A stretch of 64,000 bases of DNA from an uncultured Bacteroidales bacterium (GCA_963714825.1 CAVQQF010000009.1:3198-67197), one strand, 5' to 3'; positions 50,839-60,696 are shown, counted from the first letter of the stretch. Program-made: numbers and translations. Notes: generated by a model from the sequence alone, not told the origin.

Positions 50839-50860
50839 GGATCCCGATAGCTATCGGGAT
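50839..50860. repeat. Palindromic element copy GGATCCCGATAGCTATCGGGAT
   Basis: Read directly. A degenerate copy (atcccgatagctaacgga) is at 50013..50030. Confidence 0.85.
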
Positions 50861-50932
50861 GGAAGTCAGATGACTCATTAAATTAACAGCAGAACTCAGT
50901 CTTTTGTAAAATACTACAAATAAAAGTAAAAA

Positions 50933-51853
50933 ATGACCCCTGAATACAGTGTAATAGTGCCTGTGTACAACAGCGAAGAAACACTTGTTGAATTATTCAA
51001 GCGTACAAGGGCTGTTTTTGCTGCTGCCGGGTACACGTTCGAAATGGTATTTGTTGATGATTTCAGCCTCGACAGGAGCTGGGAAGTATTGATAAACCTC
51101 AAGAAAGAACATCCTGAGTCAATAACAGCCATTAAGCTTGCCAAAAACTTCGGACAGCATAATGCTATTTTTTGCGGATTGGAACATGCCAGGGGCGAAT
51201 TTATGATCACCATTGACGACGACCTGCAAATACCACCCGAAGAAATCAGTAAACTGATACAAGTTTACCAGGAAAAAGATGTTGACCTGGTTTACGGATA
51301 TTTTGGCAAGAAGCAACATTCGCCGCTGAGGAACCTGGGAAGCTTTTTCATAAAGAAATCGTCGCGCATACTCATGCATTCACCCGGCGAAGGATCCTCC
51401 TTCAGGCTGATCACTGCCGGACTGGTAGCCAATATCCTGAAACATCAGCAGCACTTTATGTATATCGACGAGCTACTGCTATGGTACACCAGCAATATTG
51501 GATTTACCGAGGTACAACACCAGAAAAGGACAACTCACCGGTCGGGGTATTCGACCTGGAAACTTTTTCAGCTTTCGGCCAATATCGTCATTTACTATAC
51601 CGCTGTTCCTCTGCGCATTATGACTTACGGCGGATTCATATTATCGGTGCTGAGTTTTATTATCGGCATACGGTTTATCATAAGCAAAATGGTGCACGAT
51701 GTTCCCCTGGGCTACACATCGCTGATAGTGGCTATACTGTTTTCGACCAGTATCATCATGCTATGCCTGGGATTAATAGGCGAATACCTGACACGTATTT
51801 ACCAGGTACAAAATAAAAAACCACCTTATTCAATCAGGAAAATACTGAAATGA
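50933..51853 (+). CDS. GT2 polyprenyl-phosphate glycosyltransferase (ArnC/GtrB-like)
   Basis: ..YSVIVPVYNSEETL.., ..NFGQHNAIFCG.., ..ITIDDDLQIPPEEI.., two C-terminal TM helices and ..GEYLTRIY... By recall these blocks parallel E. coli ArnC (NYGQHSAI, LDADLQNPPEEI, GEYIGRIY). Confidence 0.8.
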   Translation: MTPEYSVIVPVYNSEETLVELFKRTRAVFAAAGYTFEMVFVDDFSLDRSWEVLINLKKEHPESITAIKLAKNFGQHNAIFCGLEHARGEFMITIDDDLQIPPEEISKLIQVYQEKDVDLVYGYFGKKQHSPLRNLGSFFIKKSSRILMHSPGEGSSFRLITAGLVANILKHQQHFMYIDELLLWYTSNIGFTEVQHQKRTTHRSGYSTWKLFQLSANIVIYYTAVPLRIMTYGGFILSVLSFIIGIRFIISKMVHDVPLGYTSLIVAILFSTSIIMLCLGLIGEYLTRIYQVQNKKPPYSIRKILK

Positions 51854-52527
51854 AAATAAGCAAATACGGCATTACCCTGAACCGCCTCAGGCAGGAAGAT
51901 ATTGAATTTGTTCGCGAGAAACGTAATTCGGACGAAGTTAGAAGGGTTATGGAATTCCGCGAAGAAATCACCCCGGAGATGCAGCAAAAATGGTTTGAAA
52001 GCATCGACAACTTCGAAAATTTCTATTATATAATTGAATACAAGGGTGCTAAAATCGGTCTTCTGAACGATAAAAATATGGACTGGAAAGCCCGTACATC
52101 CGAATCGGGCCTGTTTTTATGGGACGAATCGTACATCGATACCATTGTACCTGTACTCGCTTCACTCTGCCTGCTCGAAGTCGGTTTTTATTACCTCAAC
52201 TGGAATACCTCACATATAAAAGTCCTGCGCGATAATCCAAAGGCGCTCGAATATGTGAACAGCCTGGGTTATGTAATGGCCGAAGGTCAGGAGGATAAAC
52301 AAAACCAGTTATATTTTCTCACCCGTGAGCTCTTCGAGACCAAAGGCAAGAAAATTCAGAAAGCCGCCCGGGCATTTATTGACGATAAATCGGGAGAAGG
52401 TTTCCTGTTGCTCGAGCCTTTTGATTATGAATCGGGCCTGGCTCAGCAGATCGAAAATTACTTTACCGAAGCCGGAATTAACCTCCACAGGCGAGGGGAA
52501 GCGGGGAGCAGGAAGTATTTCAGGTAA
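51850..52527 (+). CDS. GNAT-like N-acyltransferase (225 aa)
   Basis: ..LNRLRQEDIEFVREKRNSDEVRR..TPEMQQKWF..YYIIEYKGAKIGLLN.. resembles RimL/PseH-type GNAT folds. The start overlaps the GT2 stop (ATGA). The call is tentative. Confidence 0.5.
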   Translation: MKISKYGITLNRLRQEDIEFVREKRNSDEVRRVMEFREEITPEMQQKWFESIDNFENFYYIIEYKGAKIGLLNDKNMDWKARTSESGLFLWDESYIDTIVPVLASLCLLEVGFYYLNWNTSHIKVLRDNPKALEYVNSLGYVMAEGQEDKQNQLYFLTRELFETKGKKIQKAARAFIDDKSGEGFLLLEPFDYESGLAQQIENYFTEAGINLHRRGEAGSRKYFR

Positions 52528-53661
52528 GGAGACAAGAAAAGGTGTCAGACCCCCTTTGGGTGTGCAGACACCTCGGCCTGTTAGTTTGGAGCCGAATAAA
52601 CGGGTGTAGATTCTCACAATTAACGAAGGCTTATTTACTATATAAAGCATCCATTTGTAAGGTAGTATTTTTACTGCTTTGCCAATAACATAAAGCCCCT
52701 GTGTATAAGCTATGGCCGGTGCTACCCACAGGTAATCGAAAATTGAAAACCGGGTAACATCTCTTTTATATCCTGCCTTTTCAGCCAAATCCCCTGCAAC
52801 CAGGTCGGCGATGCGAATCTGCCGCGGTGTAAGTTTTTGCTTATAAATACCAACCCTGCGATCGTTGATGGGGTGCATAAGGCTTTTAAAATAACGATCG
52901 AGGATTTCGGGGGGGAACGAAGCTTCCAGTTCTTTTTTCCTGTGGTGAAAACCAAATATTGACGGGTCTTCCGGAATGTTCAGAAAGTTGCATACTAGCG
53001 CAAACTTATCCTCAGGATTTCGAACAAAATCCTCGTACCGGATAGTTGCAAACCGATCAGGATGTAATGCGGCTGCCTTTTCAATTACACGGTACGAATA
53101 TTTCCAGCGGTAAGTGAGCAGGCTAACATTTGGCATCTCGAAATCAACATCCAGCATCGACACCAGGTTATCGCGGTAATCGCGCACGAGATGGATAAAT
53201 TTGGCGGTCGGGAAAATACGGGCCAGTAGTTCAGGATGGTTCGAAATAGCGGGGTTTTTATCACCGAAAAGGACAATTTCCTTTTTATCAAAAAAAGAAT
53301 TGTAGTGAGAATAAACCACTTTAAGCAGCGTTTCGAGAGAGTGCTGACCCTCGCATTGTAAAATATTACTGTGAAGCAGCTCGGGATCAATACCCGGCCA
53401 GTTTTTAATCGACCAGAACGGTATCCTCAGCGGTTGAAACAAGGCCTGGTAAAAAGCTTCGAGTTTTGGCTTATCCCACAGCGAAACTTTCCCAAACTGG
53501 AAATGAAGCAACAGCAGCATAGGCCACTCCTGAGGTATAATAATATTGGGATGGGCATCGAATAAAGTGCGTAGCAGCGTGGAGCCGGTTCGGGGGCGGC
53601 CCAGGATGAAAAACATGGGCGTGGCTGCTATTTTATCAATATCCGGAATTTTCTGCAACAT
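52309..53661 (-). CDS. Sulfotransferase with an abnormal ~85-aa C-terminal read-through extension
   Basis: PAPS-binding motifs ..ILGRPRTGSTLL.. and ..IHLVRDYRDNLVS... Paralog of 55199..56260. Homology to the paralog ends near ..IVRIYTRLFGSK (~52610). The ORF then continues through the hairpin element and runs antisense to the 3' end of 51850..52527. Confidence 0.75.
   Translation of the reverse strand: MLQKIPDIDKIAATPMFFILGRPRTGSTLLRTLFDAHPNIIIPQEWPMLLLLHFQFGKVSLWDKPKLEAFYQALFQPLRIPFWSIKNWPGIDPELLHSNILQCEGQHSLETLLKVVYSHYNSFFDKKEIVLFGDKNPAISNHPELLARIFPTAKFIHLVRDYRDNLVSMLDVDFEMPNVSLLTYRWKYSYRVIEKAAALHPDRFATIRYEDFVRNPEDKFALVCNFLNIPEDPSIFGFHHRKKELEASFPPEILDRYFKSLMHPINDRRVGIYKQKLTPRQIRIADLVAGDLAEKAGYKRDVTRFSIFDYLWVAPAIAYTQGLYVIGKAVKILPYKWMLYIVNKPSLIVRIYTRLFGSKLTGRGVCTPKGGLTPFLVSLPEILPAPRFPSPVEVNSGFGKVIFDLLSQARFIIKRLEQQETFSRFIVNKCPGGFLNFLAFGLEELTGEKI
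52541..52572. repeat. Hairpin element family 2 (GTGTCAGAC..GGGTGTGCAGACAC), copy 1
   Basis: ggtgtcagaccccctttgggtgtgcagacacc, 14 nt after the stop of 51850..52527. Confidence 0.8.
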
Positions 53662-53663
53662 GC

Positions 53664-54959
53664 TTAGCTTCTTTTAGGCAAATACTTGATAAAAATAGCA
53701 AAATCAGATGATCTGTACGTAATAATTTCATGAAGCGGGATATTCATCTTAACCGAAAAAAGAACAATTAAAGCGATTGCTCCACCAATATAACTTACAT
53801 TGCTGGCCAATGCGGCTCCAATCCCTCCATATAGAGGTACCAGCCAAAAATTAAGTGCAGCATTTACCAGTAATGCGGGAATAAAAACCCATAAAAGAAG
53901 TTGTGGCTTTCCAACACCCGCAAACCGACTGTTGAGTATTCGTGGTATGACAAAAAATATGATTCCGGGCAACATCGTACGCACTATACTCACACTAGGA
54001 ATAAACATCCCACCATAAATGAAAGGTAGCAGAAAGGGGATTACAAAATATAATGCAATGCCCAGCAATAAAATCGCCAGGAATGAAAGCCTGATTAACC
54101 GGGCCACATCGGCATTCAGCACCGTTTCGTCGGCAGAGTTTGCAGTGCGGCTCAATACCACAATACCTATAGCTGTTGGCAATTGCCATAATTGTTCGCT
54201 TATTGCAACGCCCAGCGAATAATAGCCAACCTGTTGTAAAGATGAAAGCTTCTGAAGAAAAAGAATATCAATGCGGTAATTAAGTTGCATTACCATGACT
54301 GCGACCGCGTATATAACACCCAAATTAACCAGGCTGCCAATAACCTTTTTGTCAGGATGAAATGAAATATGGTATTCTTTTGCCAATGTTCTGATTGAAA
54401 TATACGCTACTGCCAGATTCGAAATAAATAAAGCAAACAAAGCACCTAAAACAGTCATCCGAAGTAAAATGACAAAAATCACTACACCAGCTAAATTTAA
54501 CAACAAAGGCAGCCAGTTGGTAAGGTTCGATCGCCGGAATTGCTGCTTCCCAAGAAAAACGCCAGCGGAATAAATAAGAGCAAGCTTTACAGGAATTGTA
54601 AGGATTGAAATTAGTATCATATAAATATCAGCACCTTCGGGCGTAAAAAAAAGAAAACCTACAGAACTGAGAAGCATGGCCAGAAAAGAAGTCAGCAGCA
54701 GCAACTGCACAACTCCCGAAACAACCCGGTCAGAATCAAAAAGTTTCTGACCCAGGTGGAATACTGCCGACCGCCTGATACCCATCATAGTGAAACTAAC
54801 AGCAATCAAGGGAACAATAAGCAGTGATGTGTACATGCCGCGTCCTTCGGGACCCAGGTATCGCGAAATCACCACATCAATAATAAAGCTATTGATCACA
54901 GCAAAAACATTGCTGCTCAATACACCTGTAATATCGCGGGTAAGACTCCGTTGAGGCAT
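53664..54959 (-). CDS. Wzx-like oligosaccharide flippase (polysaccharide biosynthesis protein family)
   Basis: 431 aa with about 12 TM segments. It ends 2 nt before the start of the downstream sulfotransferase. Confidence 0.65.
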   Translation of the reverse strand: MPQRSLTRDITGVLSSNVFAVINSFIIDVVISRYLGPEGRGMYTSLLIVPLIAVSFTMMGIRRSAVFHLGQKLFDSDRVVSGVVQLLLLTSFLAMLLSSVGFLFFTPEGADIYMILISILTIPVKLALIYSAGVFLGKQQFRRSNLTNWLPLLLNLAGVVIFVILLRMTVLGALFALFISNLAVAYISIRTLAKEYHISFHPDKKVIGSLVNLGVIYAVAVMVMQLNYRIDILFLQKLSSLQQVGYYSLGVAISEQLWQLPTAIGIVVLSRTANSADETVLNADVARLIRLSFLAILLLGIALYFVIPFLLPFIYGGMFIPSVSIVRTMLPGIIFFVIPRILNSRFAGVGKPQLLLWVFIPALLVNAALNFWLVPLYGGIGAALASNVSYIGGAIALIVLFSVKMNIPLHEIITYRSSDFAIFIKYLPKRS

Positions 54960-55198
54960 TTTAATGCTAAATGTCAGTAATTATTTGTATATCAAATTGT
55001 TTCATTCACATCTATTGCTATCCGTAAAATTTTACATTTATGTTGTAAGCGATTTTTACAACAAAAAAGTCAGGTAGAATAACAATACTTATGTTTTTTG
55101 ATTGCCGGATAAGGGCTAAGTCCTTTTATCAGACACAAAGATTAAAACTTAAGCTTTAAAAAATGTAGTGATTTCATAACCAGGCACCTTTCCAGGGT

Positions 55199-56260
55199 TT
55201 AAGTATCGGCATTACGGACTTTAACGAAAAGTCGCGCCAGCATTGGACCGTTGTTTTTGATTCTGATTTTTGTATGAAACGGAAATAAATCAATAACATC
55301 ACGCACAAAATAAAGTGCCCATCCGTAAAGCAGCCATGGAACCGACCGCATAAATGCTACCGGATCTGTTTTTCGGAACCTCCGCTCGTAGCCATACTTC
55401 TCGAGCCAGCCACCGGCAACATTTTCGGTTACACGGATATCAGTTTCAGGTAGCTGTTTTTTCCAAACATCAACTTTGTCGGCATTGATTGGCGAAAGCA
55501 GGCTTTTATGGTATTTCATCACCAATTCAACATTATATGCTTTCAGAACCTCGGGCCCCCGCTTGTAAAAATCAAAAACCAGGCTGTTAAAAGGTACGTT
55601 CAGAAAATCACACATTTCCCGGTAATAACGATGGGGGTCCTTAACCAGGTCTTCGTAGCGAATGGTATAAAAGCGCTCCGGATATTTTTGTTTAAGCCTG
55701 AATATTCTTTTGGCCGAATGCACCCAGCGATAAGCCAGTAAAGCAACAAAAGGGCCTTCGAAATCGACATTCTTGAGCGAAATGATATTATCACGCGGAT
55801 CACGCATCAGGTGTATAAATTTCGCATCGGGGAAAAGTTTCAGCAGTTTCGGAGTGTAGGTTGCATACACTGGGTTTTTATCACCGATCCAGGCTATTTT
55901 TTCTTTGTTAAAAATTGAATTGTAGTTGAGGTAAACTACCTTACATATATCCTGGAAAGTATATTCACCTTTATACAGAAGCAGATCAGCTTTCAGATCA
56001 TCAAGATTCAGTTTCCATGTATCGAACTTGATATGCAACTGAACATCAGTAAAAAAAGAAAGCAGCTTTTCTTCGTCCCAGTTTTTTACGTTACCATACT
56101 TCGACTCCATATTTATTATAAAGGCGCATTCGAGGGGTATGGCAACATTGGGGTGAGCATCAAAAAGGGTACGAAGCAATGTAGTGCCCGACCGTGGGCG
56201 GCCCAAGATAAAAAACATCGGGAGTTCTTGCAGTTTCTGTTTATCTTGAATTAAAGGCAT
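55199..56260 (-). CDS. Sulfotransferase (353 aa)
   Basis: ..ILGRPRSGTTLLRTLFDAHPN.. (5'-PSB loop) and ..IHLMRDPRDNIIS.. (3'-PB motif). Confidence 0.8.
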   Translation of the reverse strand: MPLIQDKQKLQELPMFFILGRPRSGTTLLRTLFDAHPNVAIPLECAFIINMESKYGNVKNWDEEKLLSFFTDVQLHIKFDTWKLNLDDLKADLLLYKGEYTFQDICKVVYLNYNSIFNKEKIAWIGDKNPVYATYTPKLLKLFPDAKFIHLMRDPRDNIISLKNVDFEGPFVALLAYRWVHSAKRIFRLKQKYPERFYTIRYEDLVKDPHRYYREMCDFLNVPFNSLVFDFYKRGPEVLKAYNVELVMKYHKSLLSPINADKVDVWKKQLPETDIRVTENVAGGWLEKYGYERRFRKTDPVAFMRSVPWLLYGWALYFVRDVIDLFPFHTKIRIKNNGPMLARLFVKVRNADT

Positions 56261-56426
56261 GTAGAAAAGTTAAAAAGGCTGTTATTCATTTTTTCCGGCA
56301 AATGTGTACTTTTGAGGCGGAATAAAATGTTCGGTTTTTGCGCTTTCAAAAGTATAAAAATATAGCACATCATGAACAGTTACTTCCACATTGGCCGACA
56401 TTAGCCGCATTACAATCCTGTATAGT

Positions 56427-57557
56427 ATGAAGATCCCGTTTAACAAACCCTTTTTTACCGGGCACGAAGCCAGGCATATTGCAGCGGCAGGTGCCACCGG
56501 TAAAATATCGGGTAATGGTTTATTTACACGTAAATGCCACGATTATTTTCAGCAGCGTTACGGCTTTGGTAAAGTATTGCTTACCACTTCCTGCACCGAT
56601 GCACTCGAAATGACCGCCCTGCTGGCACGCATCGAGCCCGGTGATGAGGTAATTATGCCTTCCTATACGTTTGTTTCAACTGCCAATGCTTTTATACTGA
56701 GGGGTGCCACAATAGTTTTTGCCGACAGCAGCCCTGAAAACCCGAATATTGACACAGCTAAACTGGAGAGCCTGATAACCAAACGTACAAAAGCAATTGT
56801 GGTTGTTCATTATGCCGGTATTGCGTGCGATATGGATACGGTAATGCAACTTTCAGCGCGTTATAACCTGCTTGTAATCGAAGATGCGGCTCATGCCATT
56901 GATTCGTATTATAACGATCGTCCGCTGGGCAGCATCGGGCATATGGCTGCATTTTCGTTTCACGAAACTAAAAATGTCAGCTGTGGCGAAGGCGGTATGC
57001 TGGTTGTGAATGAAATGAGCCTGGCACCGCGTGCTGAAATTATATGGGAAAAAGGAACTAACAGGGCGGCCTTTTACCGTGGCGAAGTGGATAAATACGG
57101 ATGGGTCGATGTGGGTTCATCATTCCTGCCCTCGGACCTGGCGGCTGCCTATTTATTAGGGCAACTCGATATGCTGGACGAAATACAGCAAAAGAGGAAG
57201 ACGATTTTTAATTCCTATTTCGAGCAATTAAAACCCCTTGAACAATCCGGCGATCTGCAACTCCCGCTTATCCCCGGATATGCCTCGCACAACGGCCACC
57301 TGTTTTATATAGTAACCCAAAAACCGGCAAAGCGCGATCAACTTATTAACTACCTGAACGAAAAAGGAATACAGGCTGTATTCCACTATCTTCCTTTACA
57401 CCAGAGCGATTTTTTTAAAAACAGATACAAAGGCTTGCCACTGCAGCAGGCTGAACGCTATGCCGATTGCCTGCTGAGGCTTCCGTTTTACTATGAACTT
57501 ACCGGGGAGCAGATTGAAATGGTGGTGGATGCGATTGCAAAGTTTTACAGGAGTTAA
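56427..57557 (+). CDS. wecE: dTDP-4-amino-4,6-dideoxy-hexose transaminase (WecE-type DegT/DnrJ/EryC1 family)
   Basis: MKIPFNKPFFTGHE..GNGLFTRKC..LLTTSCTDALEM..GDEVIMPSYTFVSTANAFILRGATIVFAD..FHETKN.. closely parallels E. coli WecE as I recall it. The track ORF starts at an upstream TTG (56391). Confidence 0.85.
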   Translation: MKIPFNKPFFTGHEARHIAAAGATGKISGNGLFTRKCHDYFQQRYGFGKVLLTTSCTDALEMTALLARIEPGDEVIMPSYTFVSTANAFILRGATIVFADSSPENPNIDTAKLESLITKRTKAIVVVHYAGIACDMDTVMQLSARYNLLVIEDAAHAIDSYYNDRPLGSIGHMAAFSFHETKNVSCGEGGMLVVNEMSLAPRAEIIWEKGTNRAAFYRGEVDKYGWVDVGSSFLPSDLAAAYLLGQLDMLDEIQQKRKTIFNSYFEQLKPLEQSGDLQLPLIPGYASHNGHLFYIVTQKPAKRDQLINYLNEKGIQAVFHYLPLHQSDFFKNRYKGLPLQQAERYADCLLRLPFYYELTGEQIEMVVDAIAKFYRS

Positions 57558-57606
57558 TTCTGCAGCCTGAATAAAGTTTAACAAAAAGGAACTCGCCCTG
57601 CGAGTA

Positions 57607-57646
57607 TATAAGTGTCAGACACCCGCAGGGTTTGCAGACACTTATA
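57607..57646. repeat. Hairpin element family 2, copy 2
   Basis: tataagtgtcagacacccgcagggtttgcagacacttata, 50 nt after the wecE stop. Confidence 0.8.
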
Positions 57647-57740
57647 AGCAATTTATCCAAATAAATAATCTTTTTGTAATTTCTAAAAACACATGTACAT
57701 TTGATATAAAATATTCAGTATTCAACTAAATCTATTTCCT

Positions 57741-60620
57741 ATGAAAAACATCATTCTAAGTATTGCCATTGGTTTATTTTACATTGCAGCCTCAGCCCAG
57801 GGAATTGATTACAAAGCAATTGACGTTGAAGTATATCAACTCGACAACGGGCTTACAGTCATCCTTAACGAAGATCATAACACGCCACAGGTTTTTGGAG
57901 GCATTGTTGTGCGTGCCGGCGGGAAGGACGACCCAAAAGATGCAACCGGCATGGCGCATTATATGGAGCATATGCTCTTTAAAGGAACTGAGGAACTGGG
58001 AACCACAAATTGGGAAGCCGAAAAACCACATATCGAAGCTATTTTCAGACTTTACGATGAACTCGGGAAAACGAGCGACAATACTGAAAGAGCCATTATT
58101 CAAAAGCAGATTAATGAGGAATCAGTAAAAGCGAATGAATATGCTATTCCGAACGAGATGTGGAACCTTGTCAGAAGCATAGGCGGAGCGAATATGAATG
58201 CCGGCACCGGTCCGGATCACACTATTTTTTACAATTCATTTCCTCCCACACAAATAGAGAAATGGCTGGATTTATACAGCCACAGATTCGAAAAGCCAGT
58301 ATTCCGCTCGTTCCAGGCAGAACTGGAAGTAGTTTACGAAGAAAAAAACATGCACTCCGATATGTTTCAATTCGCTCTGTTAGACAATTTCAGAAAGCAG
58401 TTTTTCAAAAATCACCCCTATGGCCAGCAAACTTTGATTGGCACTGTCGAAGATCTGAAAAACCCTTCTCTTTCAAAAATGTATGATTTCTTTACAACCT
58501 GGTATGTGCCAAACAACATGGCGTTGATTATTGTAGGTGATTTTGATAAAAACAAGGTAAAACAACTGGTTGAAGATAAATTCGGCAAATGGCAAAGGAA
58601 AGAACTGCCCGAACGTATCAGCTATGAAGAGAAACCATTTAATGGCCGGGAATTTGCTGAAATGAAACTTACCCCTGTCAAAATTGCTATTCTGGGCTTC
58701 CGCACCATTCCGGCCGGGCATCCTGATGAAACTGCGTTTAAAATATGTGAAGCCATTCTCTCCAACAACAGTAAAACAGGCTTACTCGATAAACTGATGC
58801 TCGACAATAAACTAATAGCTGCACAAAGCACGAGTATCCCTTACAACGACCAGGGTGTCAGCCTGATATTTATTATTCCGAAAGTAATAGGTCAAAAGCT
58901 TGGTGCTGCCGAAAAATTAGTTCTGGGTGAGTTAGTTAAGTTAAAATCAGGTGATTTTGATTCAACATTTGTCGAAAACATAAAAATGGAGCTCTTCAGG
59001 GAATACCAGTTGAAATTAGAATCGAACAGTTTTAAAACAAATATGCTTGCAACTGCTTTTTCGCGCAATCAATCGATTGATGATATGTTACAGTATCCTG
59101 AGCAATTGATGAGTATTACCAAAGATGATGTTATAAAAGTAGCCCGCCAATATTATGGTGATAACTACCTTTCTTTCTATTCGAAAATGGGATTCCCTAA
59201 AAAGAAAAAAATCGAAAAACCAGGCTACAAGCCTGTGATTGTCAATACAAATGCAATTTCCGAGTATGCCAAAAAATTCCAGGGTGTACCCGAAATAAAG
59301 CTAAATCCAAGTTTTGTCAACTTCAACAAAGATGTTGAGCATATAGCTGTTTCGGATAACATGGATGTGTATTGCGTAAAAAATCCTGCAAATAATATTT
59401 TTACCTTAAAACTAAAATTCAAAATTGGCAATAAATCCAATCCTGATCTCATATATGCAGCTGATGTAATGAATTATGCATATCCTGAAGGCATGAGTTT
59501 AGATAGTTTTAAAGCAGAATTTGCTGATATTGGAAGTACATATAACATTTCGTGCAACGAAAGCTATACTATCGTTGAAATTACAGGATTTGACAATAGT
59601 TTTAATGAAGCAATAATCCTGGTTAGTAAATTGCTAAAGAACCCGGTTCTTGACCAGCCAAAAGTGGATATTTTGCATGAGGGCGAAAAAACAAACCGCA
59701 AGTTTGAGCGAAGTGAGCCCGATGAGGTAGCTGAAGCCTTGTATGCATGGGTGCGTTATGATAAAAAGTCAGATTATATCGACAGGTTAAGCCTTGCAGA
59801 AACAAAAAAGCTGCAGGCAGATCGATTAATCAATGCTTTCAAAACAATAGCCGATTATGGTGTCGAAATCCACTATGCGGGTAATATAAATTCAGTTACT
59901 ATTTCGGAATTATGTAAAACTACATTTAATTACATTGGTAACGAGAAAGTTGAATTCCCTGTTGTTTTAGATATTAAGCCTTGTAATGAAAATACAATTT
60001 TCTTTGTTAATAAGAAAAAAGCTACGCAGAGCAAGGTCTTCTTCCTTGTAAATGGGTCAGCTTATAATCCTGAAGTACAAGCTGATATGGATGCATTTAA
60101 CCTGTATTTCGGTGGCGATTTTTCAGGGTTGGTTTTGCAGGAAATACGAGAATTCCGTTCGCTGGCATATACTGCAGCAGCAAAATTTACTACTCCTGCC
60201 TTAAAGAGTAAGGAAGCTTATTTTGCAGGATATGTTGGCACTCAGGCCGACAAAACGTTAGAAGCCGTTGAAGTTTTCGACACCCTAATCCGATATATGC
60301 CTGCAAAACCAGAACGTGTTACCATGATAAAGCAATATCTATTGCAATCATCAATTAGTAACCGTCCTCATTTCAGGAGCTTAAGCGAACAAATAGTAAA
60401 ATGGGAAAATCAGGGATATACAGTTGATCCGGCACAGTATAAAAGAGATGCATATGAGAATATGAGTTTTGAAAATATACAGGCATTTTATAGTAAAAAC
60501 CTTGCTGCCAAACCTGTTGCAATATGCATTGTTGGCGATAAGAGTAAAATTGACATGAAGAAGCTTAGCACGTATGGCAAATTGATATTTGTTAAGGAAA
60601 GCAGCCTTTACAGCAAATAA
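57741..60620 (+). CDS. Secreted M16-family (pitrilysin/insulinase-type) zinc peptidase, fused double module (959 aa)
   Basis: Signal peptide MKNIILSIAIGLFYIAASAQ. Inverted zinc motif ..GMAHYMEHMLFKGT.. (HxxEH). Confidence 0.85.
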   Translation: MKNIILSIAIGLFYIAASAQGIDYKAIDVEVYQLDNGLTVILNEDHNTPQVFGGIVVRAGGKDDPKDATGMAHYMEHMLFKGTEELGTTNWEAEKPHIEAIFRLYDELGKTSDNTERAIIQKQINEESVKANEYAIPNEMWNLVRSIGGANMNAGTGPDHTIFYNSFPPTQIEKWLDLYSHRFEKPVFRSFQAELEVVYEEKNMHSDMFQFALLDNFRKQFFKNHPYGQQTLIGTVEDLKNPSLSKMYDFFTTWYVPNNMALIIVGDFDKNKVKQLVEDKFGKWQRKELPERISYEEKPFNGREFAEMKLTPVKIAILGFRTIPAGHPDETAFKICEAILSNNSKTGLLDKLMLDNKLIAAQSTSIPYNDQGVSLIFIIPKVIGQKLGAAEKLVLGELVKLKSGDFDSTFVENIKMELFREYQLKLESNSFKTNMLATAFSRNQSIDDMLQYPEQLMSITKDDVIKVARQYYGDNYLSFYSKMGFPKKKKIEKPGYKPVIVNTNAISEYAKKFQGVPEIKLNPSFVNFNKDVEHIAVSDNMDVYCVKNPANNIFTLKLKFKIGNKSNPDLIYAADVMNYAYPEGMSLDSFKAEFADIGSTYNISCNESYTIVEITGFDNSFNEAIILVSKLLKNPVLDQPKVDILHEGEKTNRKFERSEPDEVAEALYAWVRYDKKSDYIDRLSLAETKKLQADRLINAFKTIADYGVEIHYAGNINSVTISELCKTTFNYIGNEKVEFPVVLDIKPCNENTIFFVNKKKATQSKVFFLVNGSAYNPEVQADMDAFNLYFGGDFSGLVLQEIREFRSLAYTAAAKFTTPALKSKEAYFAGYVGTQADKTLEAVEVFDTLIRYMPAKPERVTMIKQYLLQSSISNRPHFRSLSEQIVKWENQGYTVDPAQYKRDAYENMSFENIQAFYSKNLAAKPVAICIVGDKSKIDMKKLSTYGKLIFVKESSLYSK

Positions 60621-60650
60621 AATCGGTTGCAATACTAAGGCGAGTTAATA

Positions 60651-60684
60651 AAAAAAACACCCTCAAAATAGGGTGTTTTTTTTT
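60651..60684. terminator. Bidirectional rho-independent terminator between convergent genes
   Basis: aaaaaaa-ACACCCT-caaaat-AGGGTGT-ttttttttt. Confidence 0.8.
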
Positions 60685-60696
60685 AAAAGGGTTAAA

